Part shown: piece after piece, positions 1-9,734 of the stretch | Numbering within the stretch: the first letter of the stretch is position 1 | How the letters are laid out: every line of letters begins with the position of its first letter | The notes under the pieces: generated by a model | Told to the model about the DNA's origin: nothing | The model's input: the letters and a program-made list of their open reading frames with translations, nothing else | Databases searched by the model: none | Position numbers and translations under genes: made by a program | Assembly: GCA_000433515.1 (NCBI GenBank) | Contig: FR891099.1 | Coordinates: 397-64,396, forward strand | Direction: 5' to 3' | From: Candidatus Colimorpha enterica | GTDB taxonomy: Bacteria > Bacillota > Clostridia > Oscillospirales > CAG-272 | DNA length: 64,000 nt

Positions 1-1180
1 CGTTAACGGTAGATGTACCGCCTACATGGACGCTTGCATTCTTGTCGCCCAAGAAAGTGTGCGCATCGTTATGTTCCACATTTCCGCAGTCAGAGCAGGA
101 ATAGTAGTACACCGCTTTGTCACGGCAGTTTCCGGCAGTTTTCAGTGCTTCCACTTTCTTCGTTTCAGCAGTATAGCTGTGAGCAGCATAACCGCCGTAA
201 GGCTGATGACACACAGAACAAACGGCTTTAGCCGTACAGGTTGCTGTTCCTCCGGTGTGGCCTGCAAGGTTACGCAACGGAACCTCATTGATTTCTACAT
301 CGGATGTGTTGAAAAGCTGTCCGCAATCGTCGCATTTCTTGTGCTCGTCCCAACCTTTTACCGTACAGGTAGAGTTCTTTGCAGATACGGTAGACTTGTT
401 TGTGTGAGCACAGGATACCGTTACCGTACAGGTATCGGTAAAGTTTCCGTCAGCAGTTTTGACGGTGATGATTGCAGTACCTTTGCTAACGCCGGTTACT
501 GCTCCGGTAGTTGCGTTTACGGTTGCAACAGCAAGGTTGTTAGACGTAAACGAAACAGTTTTGTTTGTTGCTTCTGCAGGGGCAACGGTGAAAGACGGAG
601 TCTTTGTTTGACCGATATTGACGGACAGTGTCTCGTCAATTGTTACGCCTGTAACCGCTACGGGTGCGGCAGTCACTGTGACAGCAGTCGAAGCAACGGA
701 AAAGCGGGTTGTGTGGTACTCGAATGTCTGGCAAGAGCCAAATTCCAAATTTTTCAATCCCACAGATACAGTGCCTGTGAAGTCATTGTTCACTTTGCAC
801 TGGAAGGTCGCCAACGTAGTATCAGTGTCACACTCGTAGTCAGCAGCTGAAGCATACCCGTTAACCATTTTTGATACCTCAGTCCAGTCTGCTGCATCAA
901 ATCCAAGTGTGGTTCTGAGACCGTCGGCAAGTTTTCCGGAATTCTCAACATAGGTCAAACCTGTTGGAATATCCAATACCATCTGCATAGAGCCCATATC
1001 CGATACGGGACCCATGATAATGGTGTAGGTGATAATATCACCTGGGTTTGCCGTTGTTTTATCAGGAATAACCTTTAACTGCGTGGACTCGTAGGTCGCA
1101 GCATATACTGGCACTGCAGATACCAACATACTGAACACCATGATAAAACAAAGCAAAATAGATGTGATTCGCTTGTTCAT
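1..1180 (-). CDS. secreted surface protein, partial (runs off left edge): signal peptide, cohesin-like beta-sandwich (tentative), Big_2-type Ig domain, Cys/His-rich repeats
   Basis: Absent from the supplied track because there is no stop in the window. Hand translation of the minus strand from ATG 1180-1178 stays open to nt 1: MNKRITSILLCFIMVFSMLVSAVPVYAATYESTQLKVIPDKTTANPGDIITYTIIMGPV... AAAGGAG lies upstream. VTGVTIDETLSVNIGQTKTPSFTVAPAEATNKTVSFTSNNLAVATVNATTGAVTGVSKGTAIITVKTADG is a Big_2-like signature. It is followed by CAHTNK..CTVKGWDEHKKCDDCG..CTAKAVCSVCHQPYG repeats. Confidence 0.8.
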   Translation of the reverse strand, partial: MNKRITSILLCFIMVFSMLVSAVPVYAATYESTQLKVIPDKTTANPGDIITYTIIMGPVSDMGSMQMVLDIPTGLTYVENSGKLADGLRTTLGFDAADWTEVSKMVNGYASAADYECDTDTTLATFQCKVNNDFTGTVSVGLKNLEFGSCQTFEYHTTRFSVASTAVTVTAAPVAVTGVTIDETLSVNIGQTKTPSFTVAPAEATNKTVSFTSNNLAVATVNATTGAVTGVSKGTAIITVKTADGNFTDTCTVTVSCAHTNKSTVSAKNSTCTVKGWDEHKKCDDCGQLFNTSDVEINEVPLRNLAGHTGGTATCTAKAVCSVCHQPYGGYAAHSYTAETKKVEALKTAGNCRDKAVYYYSCSDCGNVEHNDAHTFLGDKNASVHVGGTSTVN

Positions 1181-1350
1181 GACCAAGCTCCTTTCAATTA
1201 TTTGCGAGGCGGTTTTTTCATACACACCGTCTTGTAGCCTCGCTTAGTTACAATTCAGCGGGGATGTACCATCCAATATATTCTTAATTCTTTCGTGATA
1301 TATTCTATATGGCGTATAGACATACCGAAAAAGAATATAAGACAAATCAT

Positions 1351-4300
1351 TTACCAAAGAAGATTACTGCCTTTTGCGTGTGCGTTAATTCTCATTGCAT
1401 CCATAGTAGTGACAGTACCATCTGTACCGACTACATCTGCACATTTCAGTGCATAGTCGGTCAAAAGCGTTACTCCTCGGGCGTGGGAATTTGCCCTCAT
1501 GGCATCCATAGTTGTGACAGTACCGTTTCCGTCAACATCACCCTTTAGCTGTATCTTCACATCCTGAATAACGGAGCTGTTACCGACCACTACGGTGTAC
1601 TCACGGGTGACGTGGTTGTTTTTGCTTACCTTCAAGGTGTATGTGCCTGCGGCAACACCTGCAAAATAATAATCTACGGTATTACCGGTTACTATGGTTT
1701 CATAAGCAGGATCACTAAATCCCTCCGGGATAAGCTGGAGCGTAATATCGCCGGAAGCATCGTTAAAGCTGGTAACAGAGCCGCTGACAAATACAGCAGA
1801 ATTCTCTTTGCAGGTGTAAGTCTGATAGATATACACCGTTGAGCTGTTTGCCATAACATCAGAAGAATCCACGGCTTTTCCGTTCAACGTAGCTGTGACA
1901 GGTGTTTTGAATCTGCTGGCAACAACCTGATCTATCATTGCAGAGGTAAGTTTGATTTCCAATTTATAGGTTTCTCCGGCAACGAATTTATCTTCGGAGG
2001 TCAACGGGTTATCCTCGGAATCGTACCACCAAAAGCCTGCGGCGTTATAGCCGTAATTCGCAAAACCGTACAGTGTTGCATTACCAACCGTTCCGGTATA
2101 ATCGGGCGTCTGTCCTGCAACGGGAGCGTCGATACCGGACACCTCCACCGCAGATAACACAGCCTGAGAACAGGTGAAGGTGTACCATACCTGATACTCC
2201 GTGGTGGAGCAGCGATCAATGTTGATCTGCGCTGTATTGCCGTTGATGGCGGCGGCGGCATAGATGCTGTTGCCATGGTTAAACAGGAAGGTATAACCGT
2301 AGTCTGCCACAAGGTCGATCATAACGGTGTACTCATGTCCGGGCTGGAATTTCTCGGTGTTGTCCATGATAGAGCCAGTGTAAATATTGCCGTCGCGGAG
2401 CCAGACGATACCGTTGACCTTCCAGTTGCCGGAGTTGGTGCCCGCCATAGAATATCCTGTGCCGAAGCAGTTTGCCGTATAATCGGGCGTTTGTCCTGCT
2501 ACGGGGGCGTCAATGTTGGTGATGGTGATGTTTTCAACCACATCGTCGTTGCACATACCGAAGTTGTATTCCACAACGATCACACGGGCGGGGTCTTGAT
2601 CGTATGCCTTTTTGACATTTGCGTAATAGCCGTTGACCGTAGCAGAAACTTTTGGAACAATGGAAACGCCATTGTCATACAGCGGGAACTCATAACCATC
2701 TGCGGTACGAACCCATGTGGAGAATTTATAATACTTTCCGGCTACGAACTTATCGCCTTGGGACATTCTGGTATAGTTGCTACCGTCATTGGATACATAC
2801 CATGCTCTGTAATTGGTAATGGTGTTTCCGCTACCCAACGCACCGTAAGCATCACTGCTATCGGTCACAGAATAGGAAATGGTGTTGCCCTCTTTCGGAG
2901 CCGTTACATTCAACTCCACATCACTGATGGTTTCAGGGCATTCACCGAAGTCAACGGTCAGCACGATGCCTTTTTCCCAGTTGCCCGCAAAGGCGGAAAC
3001 CTCGGCGTTCTTATAGTTGATGGTAGCGGAAGTCAGGGACTTTGCAAAATTCATGCCTTCATCGGCGGTGAGGACGATCTCCACCTTATAGGTCTTGCCC
3101 GCCTCAAAACGCTCGGCGCCGTTGCTGATTTTCCATGGTGAATTGTTCTCGTACCACACAGGGGCAAGTGCGGTCACGCCCTCGGGCACCATGTAAACAT
3201 CTCCGGGATACATAGCAGGGGCTTTACCCGCTTCGGGGGCGTTGACATGGATATCAACCGCGGAAATTTCCTTGAAGATCTCCACGATGTTGGTGGTGGT
3301 GCTGCAACTTGCGGGAGTGGTGTTGATGCCGTTGACGGTCATGGTATAGCCATTTCCCACATAATCGCTCATGTCGGAATCATAAGGCATGCTGATGCCT
3401 GCAAAGGTGCCACCAGAAAGGTAGCCAGTACCGCCCTCGTCGATGGAAAGGCCGTAATGGTTGGAGCCTGCAGCACCATCAGAAACATCGCTGTAGAATG
3501 TGCCGCCGTAGATGTAGGCGGTGCCGTCATACAGATTAACCGCAGAGATGGGTGCCTGGTTATGGCGGTTGGTACCGATCACGGTACCATCGTTCACATA
3601 CAGAGTACCGCCGTTCACATTGACACCGTAGCAGAAGGAGGTTCTGTTTTCGGTATCGCCCTTCACAGTACCGCTGTTAATGGTCAGGATACCGCCATCC
3701 ACCACCTCAGCCACAGAGGTAGGCCAGCCCACCGCATTGCCGTGGAAAGTCAGACCGCCCGAACCCGAAATGGCCAGACGGCCGCCCTGTCTGACTTGAA
3801 TCAGATGATCGTAAACGCGGTGTACATTCTCCTCTGCATTGGGTGCGGTAAACTGGGCGTTGCCCAACAGGATAAGGTCTTTATAGCTGTTGACCCAGAT
3901 GCCGGGCCAGCGGTTGTCCGCATAAGGGCCGGTTTCTTCCATGCTAACCAGAGGTAGGGTATCCTCCACATTGCCGAGAGCAACATAGCGGATATTGTCG
4001 TTCTCCATGGCATACTTGAAACCCTCATAAGAGTAGCACATGGCGGGGTTCTCTGCGCTACTGCCCACACCCGCAGGGAACTGTGCGGTGAAATAATAGC
4101 GGAATCTCACATAGGTATTATCGTTGTTGCTGTATTCCACACGCTCTGCTTTCTGGAACCCCTTACCGGTGTAGCTTTCGCCGGTGATCGTGGTCGTCAG
4201 ATTTTCAGGAACAAAACGATACAGATGTCTGTTTTCGTTTTTGATTGTGTAGGCATATTCAAAATAATAGGTTTTTCCGGCCTCAAACAGATCATTGTGC

Positions 4301-5331
4301 GTCAGCTTCGTACCATCTTCACTGTACCAAGCTCTGCCCATTTCGCTGACTATTTCATAGGGGGCATTCTCATCGACCTCAAGGGTATTGCTAAACAGCT
4401 CAACCGCACCTTCACCGGCGATAGGCGTAAGAGTTTGCTCATAGCGCTTTATCGTTGCCTCCACATGATCCACCCAGGTGACGCTGGGGATGGTGTAGGT
4501 ATAGTCTAAGGTCAGCGTCTTGTTATCATTGGTATATGCATAATAAGACGGAGCCTTGACCACGCCACCGCTAGTCAGCTGAATGGTTGCGTTTTCGTAA
4601 AACTGATATCCATCTCTGGCGGTCAGCACCACGCGGTAGGTGTAGGTCTCTCCCGCAACGAATGTATTGTGGTCAAACTCATCTTTTCCCCACACATTGC
4701 CCAGCCAGATACCGGAAGTCATCTGGCAGTTGTTGTAGTAAATATCCGTGCTGCTTTCGGTTACAGTCATTCCCTCAGTTGGGCTGACCAAATCCTTAAA
4801 TACCACTTTGGCAATATCGGGATAGGTACGCGCACCATTCATGGTGATGATTAGCTTCATGTAGGCGAAAAACGAGCTGCCGGTATCTATAATACTCACC
4901 AACTCTGACGTATAGGTAAAATCACCGGGATTGGTCAGCGTAATTTTCGTATTCTCTCCGATGGTGTATTGTTCCGGATCCAACACTTTAACTACAATTT
5001 CCGCATTGTAGGTGCGTCCGGCTTCATAGTACATGCCAATATCATCATAGGTCTGGTTGATCACCACCGAACTGTCATCAATGCGCCAAAGAAGGATATT
5101 TCCTGTCAGTTCGACCCGGTCATCGCCCTCCGTCAGCCTGCCGCCGGACATATATTTGATGGGTTCGCCAACGGCAGGGATCTCGCTCGGGGTAATGAAT
5201 GAGAGCGAAAGCTCCGTGATCTCCGTCGGACTTGCCGCAAACGCTGTCAACGCAGATGCGGGAATCAATCCGATAACCATAACCAACGCCAATAGCGTAC
5301 TTAAAATTTGTTTTGAAACTTTGTGTTTCAT
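1351..5331 (-). CDS. very large secreted dockerin-bearing protein (repeated Ig-like modules, G/N/T-rich beta-helix-like core, CnaB/carboxypeptidase-regulatory-like module, C-terminal dockerin)
   Basis: Track ORF is 1351..5403. Start moved to ATG 5331 (MKHKVSKQILSTLLALVMVIGLIPASALTAFA is a signal peptide, with AAGGAGG upstream). The C-terminus has two Ca-binding dockerin repeats, DVDGNGTVTTMDAMRAN and DVVGTDGTVTTMDAMRIN. The block DAPVAGQTPDYT is duplicated internally. GGTLYVNDGTVIG / GGTFYSDV-type repeats are present. Confidence 0.85.
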   Translation of the reverse strand: MKHKVSKQILSTLLALVMVIGLIPASALTAFAASPTEITELSLSFITPSEIPAVGEPIKYMSGGRLTEGDDRVELTGNILLWRIDDSSVVINQTYDDIGMYYEAGRTYNAEIVVKVLDPEQYTIGENTKITLTNPGDFTYTSELVSIIDTGSSFFAYMKLIITMNGARTYPDIAKVVFKDLVSPTEGMTVTESSTDIYYNNCQMTSGIWLGNVWGKDEFDHNTFVAGETYTYRVVLTARDGYQFYENATIQLTSGGVVKAPSYYAYTNDNKTLTLDYTYTIPSVTWVDHVEATIKRYEQTLTPIAGEGAVELFSNTLEVDENAPYEIVSEMGRAWYSEDGTKLTHNDLFEAGKTYYFEYAYTIKNENRHLYRFVPENLTTTITGESYTGKGFQKAERVEYSNNDNTYVRFRYYFTAQFPAGVGSSAENPAMCYSYEGFKYAMENDNIRYVALGNVEDTLPLVSMEETGPYADNRWPGIWVNSYKDLILLGNAQFTAPNAEENVHRVYDHLIQVRQGGRLAISGSGGLTFHGNAVGWPTSVAEVVDGGILTINSGTVKGDTENRTSFCYGVNVNGGTLYVNDGTVIGTNRHNQAPISAVNLYDGTAYIYGGTFYSDVSDGAAGSNHYGLSIDEGGTGYLSGGTFAGISMPYDSDMSDYVGNGYTMTVNGINTTPASCSTTTNIVEIFKEISAVDIHVNAPEAGKAPAMYPGDVYMVPEGVTALAPVWYENNSPWKISNGAERFEAGKTYKVEIVLTADEGMNFAKSLTSATINYKNAEVSAFAGNWEKGIVLTVDFGECPETISDVELNVTAPKEGNTISYSVTDSSDAYGALGSGNTITNYRAWYVSNDGSNYTRMSQGDKFVAGKYYKFSTWVRTADGYEFPLYDNGVSIVPKVSATVNGYYANVKKAYDQDPARVIVVEYNFGMCNDDVVENITITNIDAPVAGQTPDYTANCFGTGYSMAGTNSGNWKVNGIVWLRDGNIYTGSIMDNTEKFQPGHEYTVMIDLVADYGYTFLFNHGNSIYAAAAINGNTAQINIDRCSTTEYQVWYTFTCSQAVLSAVEVSGIDAPVAGQTPDYTGTVGNATLYGFANYGYNAAGFWWYDSEDNPLTSEDKFVAGETYKLEIKLTSAMIDQVVASRFKTPVTATLNGKAVDSSDVMANSSTVYIYQTYTCKENSAVFVSGSVTSFNDASGDITLQLIPEGFSDPAYETIVTGNTVDYYFAGVAAGTYTLKVSKNNHVTREYTVVVGNSSVIQDVKIQLKGDVDGNGTVTTMDAMRANSHARGVTLLTDYALKCADVVGTDGTVTTMDAMRINAHAKGSNLLW

Positions 5332-5514
5332 CTCTTTGTCCTCCTTTTCAGGATTTGATAATGCCATACAAGCTTCATTTCGCAAACTCCCGCTGTATGG
5401 CATCCGGGAGGATGATGCGTACTTTTCTTTCTGCCGAAAAGCAAATAGTTTATCTTGTCAATATATACCACCGCCTCTTAATAAAACCATTGGGACAGCC
5501 GTTCGTTTTTCTCG

Positions 5515-5901
5515 TTAAAGGGAAGCGAGCGCTGCCGTCAGATATTTTTCGGTTACAGATGAATAAAAGAAAGCGTCTATCAGCCCGTCCTTTTTCGCAT
5601 TGGCTACCTCACGGGCAATGTCGGGTGCTGAGTTTTCATCGCACAGCATTACGAGTTTACAGGGCGGAATTTTTTCCCTTACTTGCTTTACTTCTTTTAA
5701 TCGTGTCTCCATAGTCGTGCCGGAAGCATAAGACACATCCAACAAGAGGATGTCGGCAGATAGGGCTTCACAGTCATTTGCGATATTGCTCTTTTTCTGA
5801 ATCAGAACACGAAAAGGCTTAAACTCGCCACTGTTTTGGAGCATTTTAATAATTGCTTCGGATAGCAGACCGTTTCCGATGCAGACAACGATATTTTTCA
5901 C
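5515..5901 (-). CDS. stand-alone receiver-like (REC) protein lacking the N-terminal acidic pair
   Basis: 128 aa with a GTG start and AAGGAGG upstream. CheY-like layout: ILLLDVSY carries the Asp at the phospho-acceptor position, but the DD pocket is replaced by CIGNG. Separated from the upstream TCS operon by a terminator. Confidence 0.6.
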   Translation of the reverse strand: MKNIVVCIGNGLLSEAIIKMLQNSGEFKPFRVLIQKKSNIANDCEALSADILLLDVSYASGTTMETRLKEVKQVREKIPPCKLVMLCDENSAPDIAREVANAKKDGLIDAFFYSSVTEKYLTAALASL

Positions 5902-5991
5902 CTCAGTTTACCTCCTTCCAATACCTATACACTCTACATTATACAGATTCGTATTGCTCCGCACATCGTACTTTAGTGCAAACTTTTCGAA

Positions 5992-6026
5992 TAAAAGAAA
6001 AAAGTGCCGCCTTTTCAGGCAGCACT
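5992..6026 (-). terminator. rho-independent terminator after the response-regulator gene
   Basis: Minus-strand RNA is AGUGCUGCC-UGAAAA-GGCGGCACU (one G.U pair) followed by UUUUUUCUUUUAUU. Confidence 0.7.
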
Positions 6027-6043
6027 TGCTGTGTGAATATTGA

Positions 6044-6667
6044 TTATTTATTGTTTATTACCAAGCCGCTTTCTCTTGCTCGGACGGCAAGCTCGGTGCG
6101 GTTTCTGAACCCTGTTTTTTCCCTCATACTCTGAATATGACTTTTTACTGTCCTCAAAGACATAAACAGTTTTTCCGCAATGGCGGCGTCCGACTCACCT
6201 GCGACCAATTCCCGCAGAACGTCAAGCTCACGGTCTGTAAGGTTTTCGCTGAAGGTGTCTCCCAGTTTAAGGGACGGGGTGGATTCGGGGAAAACCGTTT
6301 CTCCCGCCATTGTCCGATCCAAAACGGACAGGATTTGCTCTGCTTCGGAGCTCTTGTACCAAAAGCTGTCCACACCGACTTCGTGCGCCCTCTCGATAAA
6401 GCTGCACTCAGGTTGACTGGTAATAATAATGATCTTTGTGTCAGGAAAGCTCTTTTTGATTTTTTCGGCGGCGTCCAAGCCGCTTGCGTTCATAGCCGTA
6501 CAGACATCCATCAAAATGACATCCACTTTATTGGTACGACAGCAGAACTCAGCCAACGCCGCACTTTCTACGGACTGAATATGGTTATACTTTTCGCTGG
6601 CGTTTATGTATATTTCAAGAAGCTGTCTTGCCATAGGATCATCTTCAACAATCAGAACATTTATCAC
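6044..6667 (-). CDS. NarL/LuxR-family response regulator (REC + LuxR HTH)
   Basis: MINVLIVEDDPMARQ..VILMDV..IIIITS..WYKSS supplies the receiver residues. The C-terminal LTDRELDVLRELVAGESDAAIAEKLFMSLRTVKSHIQSMREKTG is a LuxR-type HTH. 4-nt overlap with the kinase gene. Confidence 0.9.
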   Translation of the reverse strand: MINVLIVEDDPMARQLLEIYINASEKYNHIQSVESAALAEFCCRTNKVDVILMDVCTAMNASGLDAAEKIKKSFPDTKIIIITSQPECSFIERAHEVGVDSFWYKSSEAEQILSVLDRTMAGETVFPESTPSLKLGDTFSENLTDRELDVLRELVAGESDAAIAEKLFMSLRTVKSHIQSMREKTGFRNRTELAVRARESGLVINNK

Positions 6668-7947
6668 AGGATGTCACCTCTTTTCTTCAGAACGGTTAGT
6701 TTGAGAACAAATTCCGGCTGATACAACACTTCCATTGTTCCTCCGATTTGTTCTGTTTTTTGCCTGAGAGAGCCAAGACCGCCGCCCTCAACCGGTTTTT
6801 TCTGCGGATTGGCGCCGTCATTCGTAAAGCAAACGGAATATGCTGTATGATCTTCCGAGAACGCAATACGCAGCGTTTTTGCATCGGCGTGCCGTACTGC
6901 ATTGGTGAGTGCTTCTGTGGCGGCTTCAAAAAACAGTCGATTTGCATCTTCCTGCTTTGGCATCTGTCCGGTGATAAGCACTTCAATTCCGGCAGATTGT
7001 GCAGCCTTCATAAGCATATCCAAAGGCTCATCATTTTTCGGGCTTTCCGATTCCAAGCGAAGCATCGCAATATTACGCTTCAAAACATTAAGCAATTCTT
7101 GAGTGTTTTCACTCTCACCCTGTAAATAGCGGCGTGTCAAAAGCAATGCCTGCCCAAGCTCTCTGTGAATACGGGCTTTTGTTTCCAAACGCTCTTTTTC
7201 GCGCGTCAGCTCATCTACATTTTCGCCGTATTTACGCAGACGTTCATTCATAACAGAAAGCTCTGCGTTCTTTTCTTTCAGTTCTTCCGTCAGCTTGTTC
7301 AGCCGTGTCGTTTCCGCTGCCGTGAGCTGTGTAATACCGCCTAACACCTCACGGGCGAAAGTCCACACCGTCTGATCGGGCAAACGGAAAGTTGGGTTTT
7401 CACCCATAAAAATCCTTGCAACGCCCGATTGTATTTCTCCGTCATTCAGGTTGTCCCAAAACGCATTGGCGTTCTGTAAATCTCTGCCGAATATTGTGTG
7501 GCTCAAATGGTTCATTCGGTGATTGATAAGCATCACCATACCGTTTTTGTAAGCAAAGCAAAGACCTGTGTTAAGCCAGTCAAGACTTTCCTTTACCGAC
7601 GAGCGAGTGATGGCGTTCTTTTCAAAATTTCTTTCCTGAATCACAATCGTCAAAAGTGTAGCAATGACAGCAAGCAGCAGTAAAATCGGAAGGATTACCG
7701 GCAATGCTGCAACACTCTCAATAATCGGAGATATATGCCAAGACGGATGCGCCGATTTTACCTGCGCTGCAAACAAAATCAGCATTGCTCCGCTGAGCAA
7801 AAAGCAAAGGGGAACAAGCAACTTCGGCATCCGCTTTTTCCTGCTGAAAACACGAGGCAACAGGCAGATGCTGGAACAAACCTCAACAAATGTTACGACA
7901 AGAAAGAACGACTTTACTGCATAATGCAAATCACAAAAGCCTATCAT
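6664..7947 (-). CDS. membrane sensor histidine kinase (HisKA_3-like region + HATPase_c)
   Basis: N-terminal TM helices and a coiled coil. The H-box-like segment is KARIHRELGQALLLT. The ATPase motifs are EALTNAVRHA..FTNDG..GGGLGSLRQKTEQIGG. Sits upstream of the RR with a 4-nt overlap. Confidence 0.8.
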   Translation of the reverse strand: MIGFCDLHYAVKSFFLVVTFVEVCSSICLLPRVFSRKKRMPKLLVPLCFLLSGAMLILFAAQVKSAHPSWHISPIIESVAALPVILPILLLLAVIATLLTIVIQERNFEKNAITRSSVKESLDWLNTGLCFAYKNGMVMLINHRMNHLSHTIFGRDLQNANAFWDNLNDGEIQSGVARIFMGENPTFRLPDQTVWTFAREVLGGITQLTAAETTRLNKLTEELKEKNAELSVMNERLRKYGENVDELTREKERLETKARIHRELGQALLLTRRYLQGESENTQELLNVLKRNIAMLRLESESPKNDEPLDMLMKAAQSAGIEVLITGQMPKQEDANRLFFEAATEALTNAVRHADAKTLRIAFSEDHTAYSVCFTNDGANPQKKPVEGGGLGSLRQKTEQIGGTMEVLYQPEFVLKLTVLKKRGDIL

Positions 7948-9614
7948 TTGCCGTCACCTCCCTCTGAAAGAAGCAAAGTAACGGTTACATCCTCATCCTG
8001 AATGTCCCATTCAAACGTTCCGCAAGGAATAGACAACTCTGACAATGTATGCTCGGCAATGTCTTCGTTGCATCCTATCTGCAACCGCATTTTTATGAAG
8101 CCGTCTTTGCAGTCAAGATGTATCAGCATAGCAGTCGCATCGTCAAGCAGTCTTTCGACGATATTTTCATAAAAATCGAAAGCAACGACTGCGTGTTCCA
8201 ATTTGAATGTACCGTCGCATTTACTGTCAAATGATGTGAAAACATCCCCAAGCCGCAAATTGTCAAGGGACTCTCTGATACAGTATTCAAGTTCTATCGC
8301 AGGGATAATATTGCCTTCCTCTCCCAGCATCAGGAGATTGCCACGCCGCTTGATATACGCACAAATCACGGATACCTTTGCAATCGCTCTTTTCGTTTGC
8401 TTCGGATCGCTCTCTGCAAGTTTCAATAGTTCCTCTGCTTTTGCAAGCTGAACGGCGACTTCCTTGGCAATCCGGTCATACAAACGGCTCTTTTCCTCCG
8501 TCCGAGCACGGTTTTCCTTCAGCTCCAGCTCGGCTTTCAACAATTCGTTGCTTTCTCCGAGCCTTTCCTGCGTATCACAAAGCTGCTCTATCATGTCGTT
8601 AATCTGTTTTACATCGTCCTGCCAAAGAACATGACCGCCGGTAATTGCTTTGCTATGCAGTACGGTATCTCCCAAGTCAACCGGTTCGGCTTCGGCACTT
8701 CTCATTTCATCCTCGGTCAGTGGTGCCAATGTGCCTGAAAGCATACAGGGCTGATAATCGGCATCAACAATCTGTGCGGATACCGTTGAACTACGGAACA
8801 GTTCGTAATAATTTGTATTAGACGGGATAAGACCGCTTTGGATTGCGCTTTCCAAAAGGGCAATAATCATGATGCAGTCAATCGCCGCCAAATCACCGCC
8901 GACTATGTGCGTACAATACATCACCCAAAAGATTATGGAAATACCCAAAATGACTGCGGGGAGCTTTTGAAAGCTCTTGCTTCCGGGTACACGGCTCTTT
9001 TTAATCAGCATTACCACGAAATATATGCCCAAGAGGATAAACCACGCCATCGTGACATAATAAAGGACATGATATACGCAGTCCGACTCGCTGTTCTGAT
9101 ACCCGCTGGGGAACGAAAAAACAAGGTTGTGCAGATCATTTGTGAATACTGCTGTTACAAGAAATGCCGCCGGTATGTACATATATTTTAAGCTATTCGG
9201 CGTTTTATAGTTTTCCGCTTTTCCGATATGGTCAATAATGAACACACCCAAAAGGGGGACAAGCACCATCGGAATATAATAGGAATACCACAGGTAACGC
9301 CCTAAATGTGTTCCGTTTTGGGCAATAAACTCCCATTTGCAGGTTCTCATAATAAGCCAAAATGCAATCAGTATTCCAACCGCTATGAGATAATGGCGCA
9401 CCTGTTTATTGATAATCCTTGTTCTGAGAGATGAACACCACGCAATGACAAGGGAAATTTGAATAACGCTTCGTATCATTACCAAAAGCATTTTAAGGAT
9501 AGGTTCATCTACTTGGGTATGGAACGCACGGGAATAATATGCGATTACAAGCAAAATAGCGACGCAGGTTGTGTATAGTATCGTCTTTTTGTTTATTTTT
9601 TCCATTGCGTTCAC
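7944..9614 (-). CDS. polytopic (about 7 TM) sensor-like membrane protein with a degenerate kinase core (pseudo-kinase)
   Basis: 556 aa with multiple hydrophobic helices in the first ~260 aa, then a coiled coil. The H-box position reads SRLYDRIAKEVAVQL (no His). The C-terminal alpha/beta domain has no recognisable N, G1 or G2 boxes. ATGA overlap with the kinase gene. Confidence 0.6.
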   Translation of the reverse strand: MNAMEKINKKTILYTTCVAILLVIAYYSRAFHTQVDEPILKMLLVMIRSVIQISLVIAWCSSLRTRIINKQVRHYLIAVGILIAFWLIMRTCKWEFIAQNGTHLGRYLWYSYYIPMVLVPLLGVFIIDHIGKAENYKTPNSLKYMYIPAAFLVTAVFTNDLHNLVFSFPSGYQNSESDCVYHVLYYVTMAWFILLGIYFVVMLIKKSRVPGSKSFQKLPAVILGISIIFWVMYCTHIVGGDLAAIDCIMIIALLESAIQSGLIPSNTNYYELFRSSTVSAQIVDADYQPCMLSGTLAPLTEDEMRSAEAEPVDLGDTVLHSKAITGGHVLWQDDVKQINDMIEQLCDTQERLGESNELLKAELELKENRARTEEKSRLYDRIAKEVAVQLAKAEELLKLAESDPKQTKRAIAKVSVICAYIKRRGNLLMLGEEGNIIPAIELEYCIRESLDNLRLGDVFTSFDSKCDGTFKLEHAVVAFDFYENIVERLLDDATAMLIHLDCKDGFIKMRLQIGCNEDIAEHTLSELSIPCGTFEWDIQDEDVTVTLLLSEGGDGK

Positions 9615-9734
9615 CTCTCTTTATTCTGAAAATGCACTGTATTTCCGCACAAATTCCGTGCGGATACAAAAATCCAATTTGTATTATATCATATTTTCCG
9701 ACAAATTTCAATCCGTCCCTTGTATTGGTGATCT

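Noticed and set aside
26-850. 274-aa plus-strand ORF (and 618..839, 13..231) at the left edge
   Set aside because: It is antisense to a much better minus-strand ORF that carries a signal peptide, a Big_2 signature and an RBS. The plus-strand translation is Cys/Arg-rich nonsense.
1181-1350. Possible terminator GCGAGGC..GCCTCGC between the two surface-protein genes
   Set aside because: It has a 7-bp stem with a ~26-nt loop and no U-tract on the coding (minus) strand, so it is too weak to call.
2275-3957. Plus-strand ORFs of 288 and 236 aa inside the dockerin-protein gene
   Set aside because: These are shadow ORFs opposite a 1326-codon gene. They have a G/V/A/D-rich composition, and no RBS or motif.
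5332-5403. N-terminal extensions of many track ORFs (for example 1351..5403, 41422..42207, 42147..42734, 42626..43135, 46168..47052, 46874..47647, 62484..62846, 20876..22372, 54954..56213)
   Set aside because: In each case a downstream ATG is preceded by a strong Shine-Dalgarno sequence. That ATG begins a signal peptide, TM helix or family-typical N-terminus. The extensions overlap upstream genes or terminators.
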